Positions 29,823-39,799 of a stretch of DNA of 64,000 bases are shown here, piece after piece (the stretch's first letter is position 1; the number at the start of each line of letters is the position of its first letter). This stretch comes from Candidatus Moanibacter sp. (GTDB lineage: Bacteria; Verrucomicrobiota; Verrucomicrobiia; Opitutales; UBA2987), in NCBI GenBank assembly GCA_965215885.1, contig CBDCEW010000101.1, positions 64,001 to 128,000 on the forward strand, given 5' to 3'. The position numbers and the translations under genes are program-made. The notes beneath the pieces are model-generated. The model did no database searches. It was not told where the DNA came from and saw only the letters and a program-made list of their open reading frames with translations.

Positions 29823-30707
29823 TTACAACGTGAAAAACGCGTAGGGTTCATTGAAACCCGGAACGGAGAAATCCCCGAGATGTTGCAGCGTAGCCGAATC
29901 CCTCAGCTTCTCAGCCGCTTTTCCGGAAATAAAGAACCCGTTCTCCTTTGCCTCACTCGCGACCTTTTCGGCTTTGAAAACGAAGTGGACATCGGCGCCG
30001 GTGATGCGTTCCTTACCGCTGGTCGGCCCACCGCCTCCTATGAGAACCTCGCCTCTATGCAGCACGATGCGAAATGGGACCTTTGAGCTGCCGCGGTAGG
30101 CGCGAAATTCCTCCAGTGCAGGGTAGAGTCGTTTTGCGGTATCCTCTTGGTCGATCCAAATGGCGAGTAACCCGTCACCCATGAACTCGTTTACAAAACC
30201 GCCGTGGTTTTCGACGACCTGCTCACACCCAGTCGCCCAGGTCTTAAAACGCCGGCTTACCTCATCTGCGCCCAGTTCGCGGGTGAGGCGAGTGGACCCG
30301 ACGACGTCCGCGAAGAGGAGCCAACACACGCGCTTGGTCGCTTCGACGAGGGTCACATCGCTCCCCGAAAGGGAGTAATCCATTTCGGTGGCCGGGTCGT
30401 CGCTGCGAAAATGCCAGGTCGTCCTTCCAATGCGGATGCGATCACCGGGACGGAGCCTGGAGGCCGTTTGGATCTTCCGGTCGTTAAGATAGCTCCCGTT
30501 GGTGCTGTCGAGATCGGACAGCCACCAGCATCGCCGGGAGGGATCAAAGCTCAAAAGGGCATGCTCTCGCGAGGCCTGGATACCCGGCAGACGCAGATGA
30601 CAGCGGGACGACCGCCCGATCATGAATGAGGAAGTCACTTCGGTGCTCACGCCGTTTTGATCTTCCAACCACGCCCGGCCGCCCTCTTGTCCAGCGAAAG
30701 TACTCAT
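29823..30707 (-). CDS. FHA domain + adenylate/guanylate cyclase
   Basis: IGRSS..SREHA..DLDSTNGSYLN; FADVVGST, FMGDG. Confidence 0.88.
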   Translation of the reverse strand: MSTFAGQEGGRAWLEDQNGVSTEVTSSFMIGRSSRCHLRLPGIQASREHALLSFDPSRRCWWLSDLDSTNGSYLNDRKIQTASRLRPGDRIRIGRTTWHFRSDDPATEMDYSLSGSDVTLVEATKRVCWLLFADVVGSTRLTRELGADEVSRRFKTWATGCEQVVENHGGFVNEFMGDGLLAIWIDQEDTAKRLYPALEEFRAYRGSSKVPFRIVLHRGEVLIGGGGPTSGKERITGADVHFVFKAEKVASEAKENGFFISGKAAEKLRDSATLQHLGDFSVPGFNEPYAFFTL

Positions 30708-30849
30708 TGGCTGTCCTCTACGGTAACTTCTACGTCCCAACTTCCTTCATTTCGAGTTGTATTATGGACAGGAATGGCCACTTGGCCAGCCATCATCGAG
30801 CACTGCACTTCTTTCATTCAGGGCGCGCTCCGCCTACCGTTTTTCGAAC

Positions 30850-31130
30850 TCAGCGAACCAGTTCTGCACGACAGTGTTCCAGGGTCTGCTCCAGCGGCAG
30901 TGCTCCTTTCTCCAGCCGGGCAGACAGCGTTTCACCCTCCAGGTACTCAAAGACCAGGTAGTGGATAGCCTGGCCTGAGCCTGACGGAGTCCCTGAGCCT
31001 GCCCGCCCTGAGCTCTCTCCCGGGGCCGAATGGGTCGAGGGATCCTGCTCACCGATGTCATAGAGGGTGCTGATATGGGGATGGTTGAGGCTGGAGACGG
31101 CTCGGGCTTCTCGCTCAAACCGCCCTGTCC
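30850..31130 (-). pseudogene. Ser/Thr kinase fragment containing an in-frame repeat insertion
   Basis: RFEREARAVSSLNHPHI..YDIG..YLVFEYLEGETL; truncated on both sides. Confidence 0.75.
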
Positions 31131-31242
31131 TCTTGGGAGGAATGTTCGCCGATACCAGATCGTTTCGGGATTGAAGGCGATGCAAACGAACGAGTAGAGC
31201 AGACTTTTACTGTCAAAGTGGCGACGTGAAAGGGTCAGACAT

Positions 31243-32818
31243 CGAATGGCGCTAAGATAAGCCAAAAATAATTGTAAAAAATATGTAAAAAAGCTTGTAC
31301 TATGACCGTTAGTAGGCTAATCTTGTTGTATGAAAAATATGACAAGATTCCTGCCTGGGTTTAATCACATTCTATGCGGTCGCCCGCCTAAGTCGGCCCT
31401 GGCACAATTAAAGCAAAAACTGGCTCATCTAAGAGAGTCAACTCTATCGGAGTTGTCGGATCTGTTTGATCGGTGGATTCCTCTGGGAGTTTTGCAACCC
31501 AAGAGCGAAAAAGAAAACAGCCGGGAACGAGTCTACTCACTCAGAACGACCTTCTGGGGCTTTCTGTTCCAGGTGCTCTCCCCGCAGACAGCCTGCCGGG
31601 AGGTCGTCAGAAAGGTGCAGAGCTACTGTAGTGAGCGGGAGTTGAACCTGCCCAGTTCCTCCACCTCGGCCTATTGCCAGGCACGTCAGCGCATAGGTAT
31701 AGAGGACTTACAAAAGATCGGTGAAGAGGTCAGCGAGCAGATACACAAGGAGGTAAGGCAAGCGCAGCGGTGGAAGGGGCACGAGGTCAGAGTGATAGAC
31801 GGTACTGGGATCAGTATGCCCGATACCGAGCAGAACCAGAGGGCCTTTCCCCAACCCGGGGGGGCAGAAAGAGGGGTGCGGATTTCCCGTCATGCTTCTG
31901 GTGGGCTGTTTCTGTTTGGCCAGCGGGGCCTTGCTGCACTGTGTCGAGACCACCTTAAAAAACCATGAAAGCGGCATTTTGCGCAAATTCGTTGGGTATT
32001 TGAAAAAAGCAGAGGTGGTTCTGTGCGACCGCGGTTATTGCTCTTATGCCAATCTGGGGCTGCTTCTAAACCATCAAATGGACGCGGTCATGCGCCTGCA
32101 CCAAAGGCGCAAATGCGACTTCCGTAGCGGCCAAACACTGGGCCGATACGATCGGCTGGTGACCTGGAAAAAACCGCAGAGACAGCACGGGTTCAGCCCG
32201 GAAGAATGGGCTCAATTACCGGCCGAACTGACTCTGCGAATGGTGCGTTTCTTCGTTCAGATCAAAGGATTCCGTACCCGAAAGATCGATCTTGTGACCA
32301 CCTTTACCGACCCCCTCCAATACACCGTAGAGGATCTGGCCGATCTCTACTTCCGCCGCTGGTCAGTGGAACTGTTTTTTCGCGACATTAAAACGACTAT
32401 GAAGATGGAAACGGTACGCTGCCTTACTCCCGAAATGGTGCGTAAGGAAATCCAGCTGTTCTTTATCGCCTATAATCTCATCCGCGCCCTCATGCAACAC
32501 GCCGCCACCCTCTATCAGCGTGACCTGCATCGGCTCAGCTTCAAGAGCACGGTCGACACCGTTCGGCAGTACTGCACCGCTCTGAACGCCACCCGCAAGC
32601 AACCTCGAAAGCAACAACGCATCATTGACGAGATGGTTCTGATTATTGCCGAGGAGACTGTTCCACTACGAGAACACCGCAGCGAACCACGAGCGGTCAA
32701 ACGAAGACCGAAACCTTACCAATTACTAACGAAGCCGCGAGGGAAAATGAAAGTCTCGCGCTCGCGCAGAAACAAAGGCAAAAATCGTCGTTAATCGGGC
32801 TTATCTTAGCGCCATTCG
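31243..32818 (+). mobile_element. IS4-family element
   Basis: 21-bp perfect TIR CGAATGGCGCTAAGATAAGCC; 10-bp TSD GGTCAGACAT at 31233-31242 and 32819-32828. Confidence 0.93.
31330..32794 (+). pseudogene. IS4 transposase with a frameshift in a G7 run
   Basis: IDGT, CDRGY, Y.RRW.VE.FFR.IK; removing one G at 31858-31864 joins the two ORFs (PGGQKEGCGFP). Confidence 0.85.
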
Positions 32819-32841
32819 GGTCAGACATGGTATGGCGCTAA

Positions 32842-34758
32842 GACCCCATTCGAAAAGCCTTTCGAGCGGGCGGTTTAAGGTTCTCCGCCACGGGCGGACC
32901 AGCCTATGGCTGGCAGGTTTCGGGTTTTAGGCTGCCGGCGCTGCCGATGAGCAGGTATTGAGCGGCCATCGGCGTGGCTTGCTGCACAATACGTATATTT
33001 GCCGCTGTCTGGAGGCATACTCATCCCGTGGTGCTTTTTTCTCTGAGCTTCAAAGCGGTCAGATTCAGGCTGCCTGTTCCAGTTCCTCCCCTCGGCGTTT
33101 CTTCATCAGTATGATGCGGCAGAAGTTGTAGGCCAGAACCTTCTCGAGCAGTTCATCGCCTACCGCATCGATGCCGCGGCGGCCGAGTTCGCCAAAGGCA
33201 AATCCATCTTTAATCGTGAACATCAGCGACTCCACTGCGGAGCGATCGCGGCGTGCCTCGCGATACGCCTCGCTCTCCCAGTCCTCGGGGGTGGTCAACT
33301 TCTTGCCCTTCGCCCCACTGATACTGATCTGCTTTACCCCCATGCTCAGCACCTCCTTGCGTCCCTTCGCCGAAGCATATCCGTCATCGGTGCTGACCAG
33401 TTCAGCAATGACACCGGTGCGCTTGATCGAATCGCCGATGGCCGGCGCCAGCTCAATGGAGTCTGCCGCGTTGCCTTGCGGTACGATCAGGCTGGTGACA
33501 AAACCGTTTTCGCTGCGAACCAGTTGTGGCTTGTACCCGATCACTGGATTGCGGCTGCCCTTCTTGATGTAGGCCGCCGATCCGTCCGAGAGGCTCAGGA
33601 CCTTCTGTGTGGACGGTAGCTTCTTTTCGTGAAACACCCGATCATGAGCATACTCAACAACCCGCTTGGCGTCGGCAATATCGCCCCTGATCTGGCTCAA
33701 TGCCCGCTCCAGAAGCTCCCGGCGAGTGGGAGGCAGTGAATCCATCGACAGGCCCTCTTCAAGATGGCTCAGTTCCCCCGTTAGTGAGTCGGCCGCCTTG
33801 CGGCCCCGCTTGAGCAACCGCCGGTAGTGTTTCTTCAGCTTGCCCTTCGACTTCGGTTTGCCCGCGGCCAGACAAATCTGAAACTCCAGCTTGTCCATTT
33901 CCTCCAGCCAACGCCCAACCCATCCCTTGCGAAAATCCTCCAGCCCGAAGACATGCAACTTCTGACCCAAACGATTGGCCCGCATCAAAAGACCGCTCAG
34001 AATCTTCCCATCGGTGGGCCAGCAGCTGTTTGCTTTCACCGAGGTGCTGTCGATCGTCAGCTTCCCGAAATCGTCCCATTGCTCCTGGAGGATAAACCCA
34101 ATCTGTTTATCAAAGATCAACTCGCGGGTCGTATGGCTGACCAGGTTCACGTTCTCCAGAATCGTCGTCACCGCCGGCATTCTTAGTCCCCCGCTCTGCA
34201 AAAATCCGTACAAGCTCATCGACTCGCGCACAAACCGCCGTGCCGGTTTCGTGGTCAACGAACCCAGAAACCCTCGAATCATCACGAACACGTATACCGC
34301 ATAAGCCGGCATCCGCGGCCGGCCTGCCCCAAGATTCAATTCAGCAGCCAGAATATTCTCCTCCTCGATGTCCAGCTCCGGCAGCTCCGCTGTGCGCCCT
34401 TCAAAGAACCTGCGATCTTCCAATCGAAGTTTCTTCTTCTCACGCGCATGGGCGTCCAGATCCTTCTCGATCGCCTCGATGATTTGCGCCGCGAACCCGG
34501 CCAATTCTTCAACTTCATCCAGAAAATCACGGAAATCCGTGTCTGGAACCGGCAGAATGAGGTTGCTAAGGGGCGTCTTATCGCTTTTGTTCTCCTCTGT
34601 CGCACATGTTGGCATGTTTAACTCCTTTATTAATCTTAAGTTGTTAAACACTAGCATGTTGCGACACTTTTTATCAAGCAACAAAATGATTTTTCTCAAG
34701 TTTTTCTTGCGCCTTTTGCGCCTCTTTGCGGCCAATCAGTAGCTTTTCGGATAAGGTC
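32842..34758 (-). mobile_element. IS5/ISNCY-like IS, copy 2
   Basis: Same TIRs and length; no matching TSD. Confidence 0.92.
33065..34615 (-). CDS. DDE transposase
   Basis: Protein identical to copy 1 from MPTC onward. Confidence 0.9.
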   Translation of the reverse strand: MPTCATEENKSDKTPLSNLILPVPDTDFRDFLDEVEELAGFAAQIIEAIEKDLDAHAREKKKLRLEDRRFFEGRTAELPELDIEEENILAAELNLGAGRPRMPAYAVYVFVMIRGFLGSLTTKPARRFVRESMSLYGFLQSGGLRMPAVTTILENVNLVSHTTRELIFDKQIGFILQEQWDDFGKLTIDSTSVKANSCWPTDGKILSGLLMRANRLGQKLHVFGLEDFRKGWVGRWLEEMDKLEFQICLAAGKPKSKGKLKKHYRRLLKRGRKAADSLTGELSHLEEGLSMDSLPPTRRELLERALSQIRGDIADAKRVVEYAHDRVFHEKKLPSTQKVLSLSDGSAAYIKKGSRNPVIGYKPQLVRSENGFVTSLIVPQGNAADSIELAPAIGDSIKRTGVIAELVSTDDGYASAKGRKEVLSMGVKQISISGAKGKKLTTPEDWESEAYREARRDRSAVESLMFTIKDGFAFGELGRRGIDAVGDELLEKVLAYNFCRIILMKKRRGEELEQAA

Positions 34759-35124
34759 TAGGTATCAGATGTGGCCTCCGCTGAATGTTTTTTCTCTTTT
34801 ACTTCCTATTCGGCGCTCACCACTTAGGGCTGGACTGTAGCAAGCCCTTGACCTCCATAGCAAGCAAAGCTTAGGACGATCCGCGCGCTGGCGCGCACGG
34901 ATTGCGGCGCTCTCTTCGTTCCGCGGCCTTGCCCCGCCGTTGCGCGCAGCTCGACGAGAGATCAAGGCCCCTGCTCTTCGAGGGAATCTTGACATCAACC
35001 TAATTCGGACATTAGAAAATCATGGATGCTTGAGTTCGTTTGCAGACGAATAGGCAATTACTTCGGATTGATGTACTAAGTACTCGAGTACTAAGGCTGC
35101 TTCTTTCAATAATTCCCACGACCG

Positions 35125-35856
35125 ATGTCTGCTTTGCCGCGACAAAAGCCGGCCTTCTCGACGACCCGCTGGAGCCTCGTGCTGGCGTTGCGCGAAGAAT
35201 CGTCGAAGGAAGCAGACGAAGCTTTGGCTGAGCTTTGCCGCTGCTACTGGTTTCCTCTCTACGCTTACGTGCGCAGGCGGGGTTGTTCTCCTGAAGATGC
35301 CGAAGACGATGTGCAGGGGTTCATTGCCGAGTTTCTGACCAAGAGATACTTTGCCCGTGCCGACCCGCAACGCGGCCGCTTTCGCACCTTTCTCCTTTCT
35401 TCCATGAGCCATTACCTGAGCAAAGGGACGAGGAACTCGAGGAGGTTAAAACGTGGCGGGGGCCTCACAGCGATTTCATGGGATCGGCAAACGGCGGAAG
35501 ACCGCTATCAGCTCGAGCCGGTGGATGAGGATACGCCGGAGTCTGTATACGACCGGCAATGCGCCCGTTTGCTCATGGATGGGGTCCTCAAGAAACTGCA
35601 AACGGAATTCCAGGCACAGGGCAAATCGGAAACTTTCGAAGCCCTCTCCCAATTCTTATGGGGAGAATCAAGCCGAACGGCGTATAAGGACATCGCAAGT
35701 CAGATGAAGATGAGCGTGGGTGCCGTTACGGTGGCGGTTCATCGCCTGCGTCACAGATTTCGAAATCTGCTGCGTAACGAACTGGCAGAGACGGTCGCCG
35801 ATCCCAACGAAGTGGACGACGAGCTCCGGCACTTGATCTCAGTGGTGCGCCAATAA
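35125..35856 (+). CDS. ECF sigma-70 factor (kinase-associated type)
   Basis: TTRWSLV..ALAELC..YW.PLY, DAED.VQ.F, region 4 VAVHRLR. Confidence 0.88.
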   Translation: MSALPRQKPAFSTTRWSLVLALREESSKEADEALAELCRCYWFPLYAYVRRRGCSPEDAEDDVQGFIAEFLTKRYFARADPQRGRFRTFLLSSMSHYLSKGTRNSRRLKRGGGLTAISWDRQTAEDRYQLEPVDEDTPESVYDRQCARLLMDGVLKKLQTEFQAQGKSETFEALSQFLWGESSRTAYKDIASQMKMSVGAVTVAVHRLRHRFRNLLRNELAETVADPNEVDDELRHLISVVRQ

Positions 35857-35877
35857 CCGAATTCCATCGAACATCCT

Positions 35878-38265
35878 ATGACGATGTGCCCACAATGCGG
35901 CAGCGCGATGATTCGTTCTGTAACGGCGGCTCCGCTTTGCCCGAGTTGTGTGCTCGAGGAGGGTCTGGCCGAATCGGTTGATAGCGTGCTCCCCGGTACC
36001 GTGATTGAGCATTTTGAGGTGAAAGGGAGGATCGGCCGGGGAGGGATGGGCGAAGTCTACCTCGCCCGCGATACCAGGCTCGATCGCCTCGTAGCGCTCA
36101 AGTTTCTTCCCCTTGAGCTCCAGACCGACTCAAAAGCGCGAGCGCGCTTCCTCCGCGAAGCCAAAACGGCGGCGAACCTGAATCACTCGTTTATCTGCAA
36201 GATCCACGACATCGGAGAGGTCGGCGGTGCGAGCTTTATCAGCATGGAGTATGTCGAGGGCGAGACGCTTGAGGCCCGCATTGCCAGGGGAGCCATACCG
36301 GTTGACGAAACGGTTCACATTGCCACCGAAATCGCGGATGCGCTATCGGAAGCCCATGAACGCGGTATCGTTCATCGTGACATCAAGCCCGCCAATATCA
36401 TGCTCACCCGCGTCGGGCACGTGAAGGTAATGGATCTGGGGCTGGCCAAGTCGACTATCGGAAGGGGTCCATCAGGCCCAGAGGGAACGACCATCAGCGC
36501 GCTCACGGCCACCCATACCGTTGTCGGTTCGCTCCCCTATCTCTCGCCGGAACAGGCGCGGGGCGAGGAAGTCGATCCACGTTCCGATATTTTTTCACTG
36601 GGATGCGTCCTCTATGAGATGTTTACCGGGAGGCGTCCGTTCGACGGAACAACCCCCGGTTTGCTCTTCGATCAGATCCTGAATCGCGACCCGGTTCCTC
36701 TCTGGGAACACAATGCCGCTATCCCTGAAGATCTCCACACCATAACTTCGAAGGCGTTGGAGAAGGATCGCGAGCTTCGCTATCAGAGCTTTGACGAACT
36801 TAGGAGCGATCTGGGCGCTTTAGACCTGGAAGGATCCGATTACATGGGAAACGCTCGTTGGCGAACCCTGCCAAAGCGGTTGCAATCTCTAACAAGGCCT
36901 CGCATTGCCGCCGCAGCCGCCATCGTATTAGCGCTCGCCGCGGCTTTTGTCTATTGGAATGTCCTGGCTCCACGGCAGGAATCCGGAGAGGCAAGAGAAC
37001 AAGACAAATCGGATAATTCCACTATCGCGGAGGAAGCTTTGGAAGTGGCGAGTGCACCCACGCAGAATGCCGAAGCCTATGACTTCTTCCGCCGCGGGCG
37101 CATCTACGAACAGCGCGCCGGTTGGAAGCCTGAAGATCGCAAAAACGCGCAGCGCATGTTTGAAAAGGCTCTTACCCTCGATCCGCGGTTCGCTCAAGCA
37201 AGAGCCAGGCTGGCCATAGTGGCGCGGGATCCCGAGGAGGCGAAACACGCGCTCAGGCTGGATCCGAATTTACCCGAGGGCCACCTCGCTTTGGCGGTGT
37301 GCCATATTCTCTATAAGGACTTTGAAAGTGCCCTGCGCGAGCTGGATCTGGCCGAAAAGGGTCTTCCCGATAGCGGTGAGATCGCATTCCGGCGAGCTGA
37401 AGTAGCAATGAGGCAGGCCGACTGGGAAGCGCAGCTACGTCACTCAGAAAAGGCGGTTGAACTGGAACCGAGAAACCCGGTATACCTCTACCGTTTAGGC
37501 AAGTCTTTGCGAAGGTTTAATCGTTACCGGGAGGCGATCGCGTATTACGACCGCGCCCTTGAACTCGCTCCGGAGTTCGAAGAAGCTAGGTTTCACCGGG
37601 CCTATGTCCACCTGCTGGGATTTGGCGATCCGCAGCCACTCAGAAAGTATCTTTCGGAACTCCCTCCGCACAAGACACGAGCCGGCGGACTTTCCCCAAA
37701 CGAGATCCTCTTTCTCAAATGGTCTGTTGAGTACAATAGTGGTGATTATCCAGCCGCTCTGACCGTACTCGCTGAAACCGATGAGGAAACGTTCACTATG
37801 AGCCGGTACAAACACAATCGGTGGCACCTGGAAGGAATGACTTTATACAGAATGAGTGGAATCGACTCGGCCCGCACAGCCCTGGAAACAGCCCGTTCTG
37901 AGTACCAAAAGCGATTGAAAAGCCGTCCCAACGACATTACGGTCACGGCACTTCTCGGAGTCGTCGTGGCGGCGCTCGGTGAAAAGGATCGGGCCATTGA
38001 AATCGGTAACCGCGTCATGGAACTGTGCCGAGGCCCTGAACGGGAAAGAGCTTTGATGGAGGGTGCTCTGAGACATCTAGCGCGCATCTACACCCTGATC
38101 GGGGAGTACGAGCAGGCCTTCGATTACCTCGATCGATTGCTAGATTTTGGAACTGTTACCTCCCTGGGCAATTTTCGCAACAACCCCGCCTTTGAGGAGC
38201 TCCGTCGCCACCCCAGATGGAACGATTTTGAAAAGAAACATGCCTTCGGAGAGCTGGCTCGGTGA
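35878..38265 (+). CDS. Membrane Ser/Thr kinase with an N-terminal CxxC pair and C-terminal TPRs
   Basis: GRGGMGEVY, VALK, HRDIKPAN, DLG, SPEQ; TM segment; TPR repeats. Confidence 0.92.
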   Translation: MTMCPQCGSAMIRSVTAAPLCPSCVLEEGLAESVDSVLPGTVIEHFEVKGRIGRGGMGEVYLARDTRLDRLVALKFLPLELQTDSKARARFLREAKTAANLNHSFICKIHDIGEVGGASFISMEYVEGETLEARIARGAIPVDETVHIATEIADALSEAHERGIVHRDIKPANIMLTRVGHVKVMDLGLAKSTIGRGPSGPEGTTISALTATHTVVGSLPYLSPEQARGEEVDPRSDIFSLGCVLYEMFTGRRPFDGTTPGLLFDQILNRDPVPLWEHNAAIPEDLHTITSKALEKDRELRYQSFDELRSDLGALDLEGSDYMGNARWRTLPKRLQSLTRPRIAAAAAIVLALAAAFVYWNVLAPRQESGEAREQDKSDNSTIAEEALEVASAPTQNAEAYDFFRRGRIYEQRAGWKPEDRKNAQRMFEKALTLDPRFAQARARLAIVARDPEEAKHALRLDPNLPEGHLALAVCHILYKDFESALRELDLAEKGLPDSGEIAFRRAEVAMRQADWEAQLRHSEKAVELEPRNPVYLYRLGKSLRRFNRYREAIAYYDRALELAPEFEEARFHRAYVHLLGFGDPQPLRKYLSELPPHKTRAGGLSPNEILFLKWSVEYNSGDYPAALTVLAETDEETFTMSRYKHNRWHLEGMTLYRMSGIDSARTALETARSEYQKRLKSRPNDITVTALLGVVVAALGEKDRAIEIGNRVMELCRGPERERALMEGALRHLARIYTLIGEYEQAFDYLDRLLDFGTVTSLGNFRNNPAFEELRRHPRWNDFEKKHAFGELAR

Positions 38266-38395
38266 TGAATTGCGGAATCTTGTCGTGTGAGATACGTGAT
38301 GCCCTTCGACAGGCTCAGGGTCTGCGCTACGCTCCGACGGGATGCCCTTCGACTTGGTCAGGACTTTCGGCGGGATATTCGAAGGAGAGCATGGT

Positions 38396-38476
38396 GTAGC
38401 CGCGGCCGCTAAGGACGCGGACCGACGGGCCCGCAACACTGTTCCGATCCACCGCGTCCTTGGCGGCCGCGGCTAC
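38396..38476. repeat. GTAG REP doublet
   Basis: GTAGCCGCGGCCGCTAAGGACGCGG...CCGCGTCCTTGGCGGCCGCGGCTAC. Confidence 0.8.
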
Positions 38477-38942
38477 GCTATCGGCTGATACACCCTTTCA
38501 ATTAGAAACCCTAGTCGGGCTGCTGCGTGGACATCGGTTGCTACCCTCACTAGATCTTGATCGTAGTCATGATCGCGAACTAAAATCGGAAGAAGGGAAG
38601 ATCGACTGGAGATCACGATTGAGAGGCACGATGGGAGTGAGGAGAACACGTTAGATCTTCCCTTCGTGATCCTTGGAGCGCAGCGATCTTTATCGAACCA
38701 TCTATCCGAGAAATCACTCCTACCACTCTCTGATTCACTTTGATCGAGCGTCAACTTTGTATTTTGGCCTGTTTAGAGGACGATTACGAGGACGAGAACG
38801 ATTGGATCGCTGGGTCGCGCGAGAACGCAGCAAGTTTCATTCCGCCGTACGGCAGAGTTTGATCCGGCAAGGGTCAACGCGCCGGAGCCCGGACTGACCT
38901 GAACTATCAAACCCCGGATACAGGCTTGGCTGATTTCCAGTG

Positions 38943-38977
38943 TTGACACAAGAGGATGGTATTAATTTAATACCACT
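38943..38977 (+). promoter_or_regulatory. Sigma70-like promoter and operator of the TA operon
   Basis: TTGACA-17-TTTAAT-6-ATG; perfect inverted repeat TGGTATTAA-T-TTAATACCA. Confidence 0.65.
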
Positions 38978-39208
38978 ATGAAAGCGATACACGTCCGTAA
39001 CGTTGATCCCGGAACTCTGGCTAGTCTGAAACGTCTGGCACGGAGCCACAACCGTTCACTACAGGGCGAACTGCACGCCATTCTGGAAAGGGCTGCTCGG
39101 ATGGCGGCGCCGGCAGGCCGAAGCAGGCAATTGAGACTGATTACGGTGAACACAGGCGGCAAGTCGAGGTGGCGGCGAGAGGAGATCTATGGATCTGAAG
39201 GCCGGTGA
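38978..39208 (+). CDS. FitA-like ribbon-helix-helix antitoxin
   Basis: IHVRNVD..LK.LA..H.RSLQ.E...IL. Confidence 0.85.
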   Translation: MKAIHVRNVDPGTLASLKRLARSHNRSLQGELHAILERAARMAAPAGRSRQLRLITVNTGGKSRWRREEIYGSEGR

Positions 39209-39674
39209 CATTCTGTTTCTGGATACGAATATCCTTCTCACGGCAACGGACGAGAGCCGGGCGCAGCATTCAGAGGCGCAATTAGTGATAAGCACGGCCT
39301 CGGAGAACGGCATTCACCTTGCTCTGAACGGTCAAATTGTGCGCGAGTATCTCGTCGTGGCCACCCGTAGGCTGGACGTCAATGGACTTGGGTTGAGCAC
39401 CGCCGACGCTCTTGGGAATGTCGAGGAATTCCTGGGACACACCGTGTTTTATGAGGAAACAGAGGAAGTCGCTCTCAGGCTACGCGAATTGGTTCAAGAG
39501 GTTGAATTGACGGGGAAACGCATTCATGACGCCAATATTGCAGCGACCATGTTGTCGTACGGCGTGGCGGAAATCCTTACGCAGAATCGGGAAGATTTCG
39601 AAGGCATCCCGGGCATACGACCGGTAAGTCTCTCCGAGGTCTCTCGCGCGTTCGCCGACAGCGAGGAAAACTAA
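39189..39674 (+). CDS. vapC: PIN-domain (VapC-like) toxin
   Basis: FLDTNIL, QIVREY, IHDANI.A, T.N..DF. Confidence 0.88.
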   Translation: MDLKAGDILFLDTNILLTATDESRAQHSEAQLVISTASENGIHLALNGQIVREYLVVATRRLDVNGLGLSTADALGNVEEFLGHTVFYEETEEVALRLRELVQEVELTGKRIHDANIAATMLSYGVAEILTQNREDFEGIPGIRPVSLSEVSRAFADSEEN

Positions 39675-39799
39675 GACAGTATCGCGGCACGAGCAGGTAC
39701 AACATATATCTGCCCCCTTTCTTAATCCCTAGGATGGACCTCTTGAGTTGAAGATTGGGAATTTCGGGTTTCGGGGGGATCGGGTTTCCCAGGTGACGT

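Noticed and set aside
34759..35005. Additional MITE right of IS copy 2
   Set aside because: Only about 5 bp of terminal complementarity and no second copy
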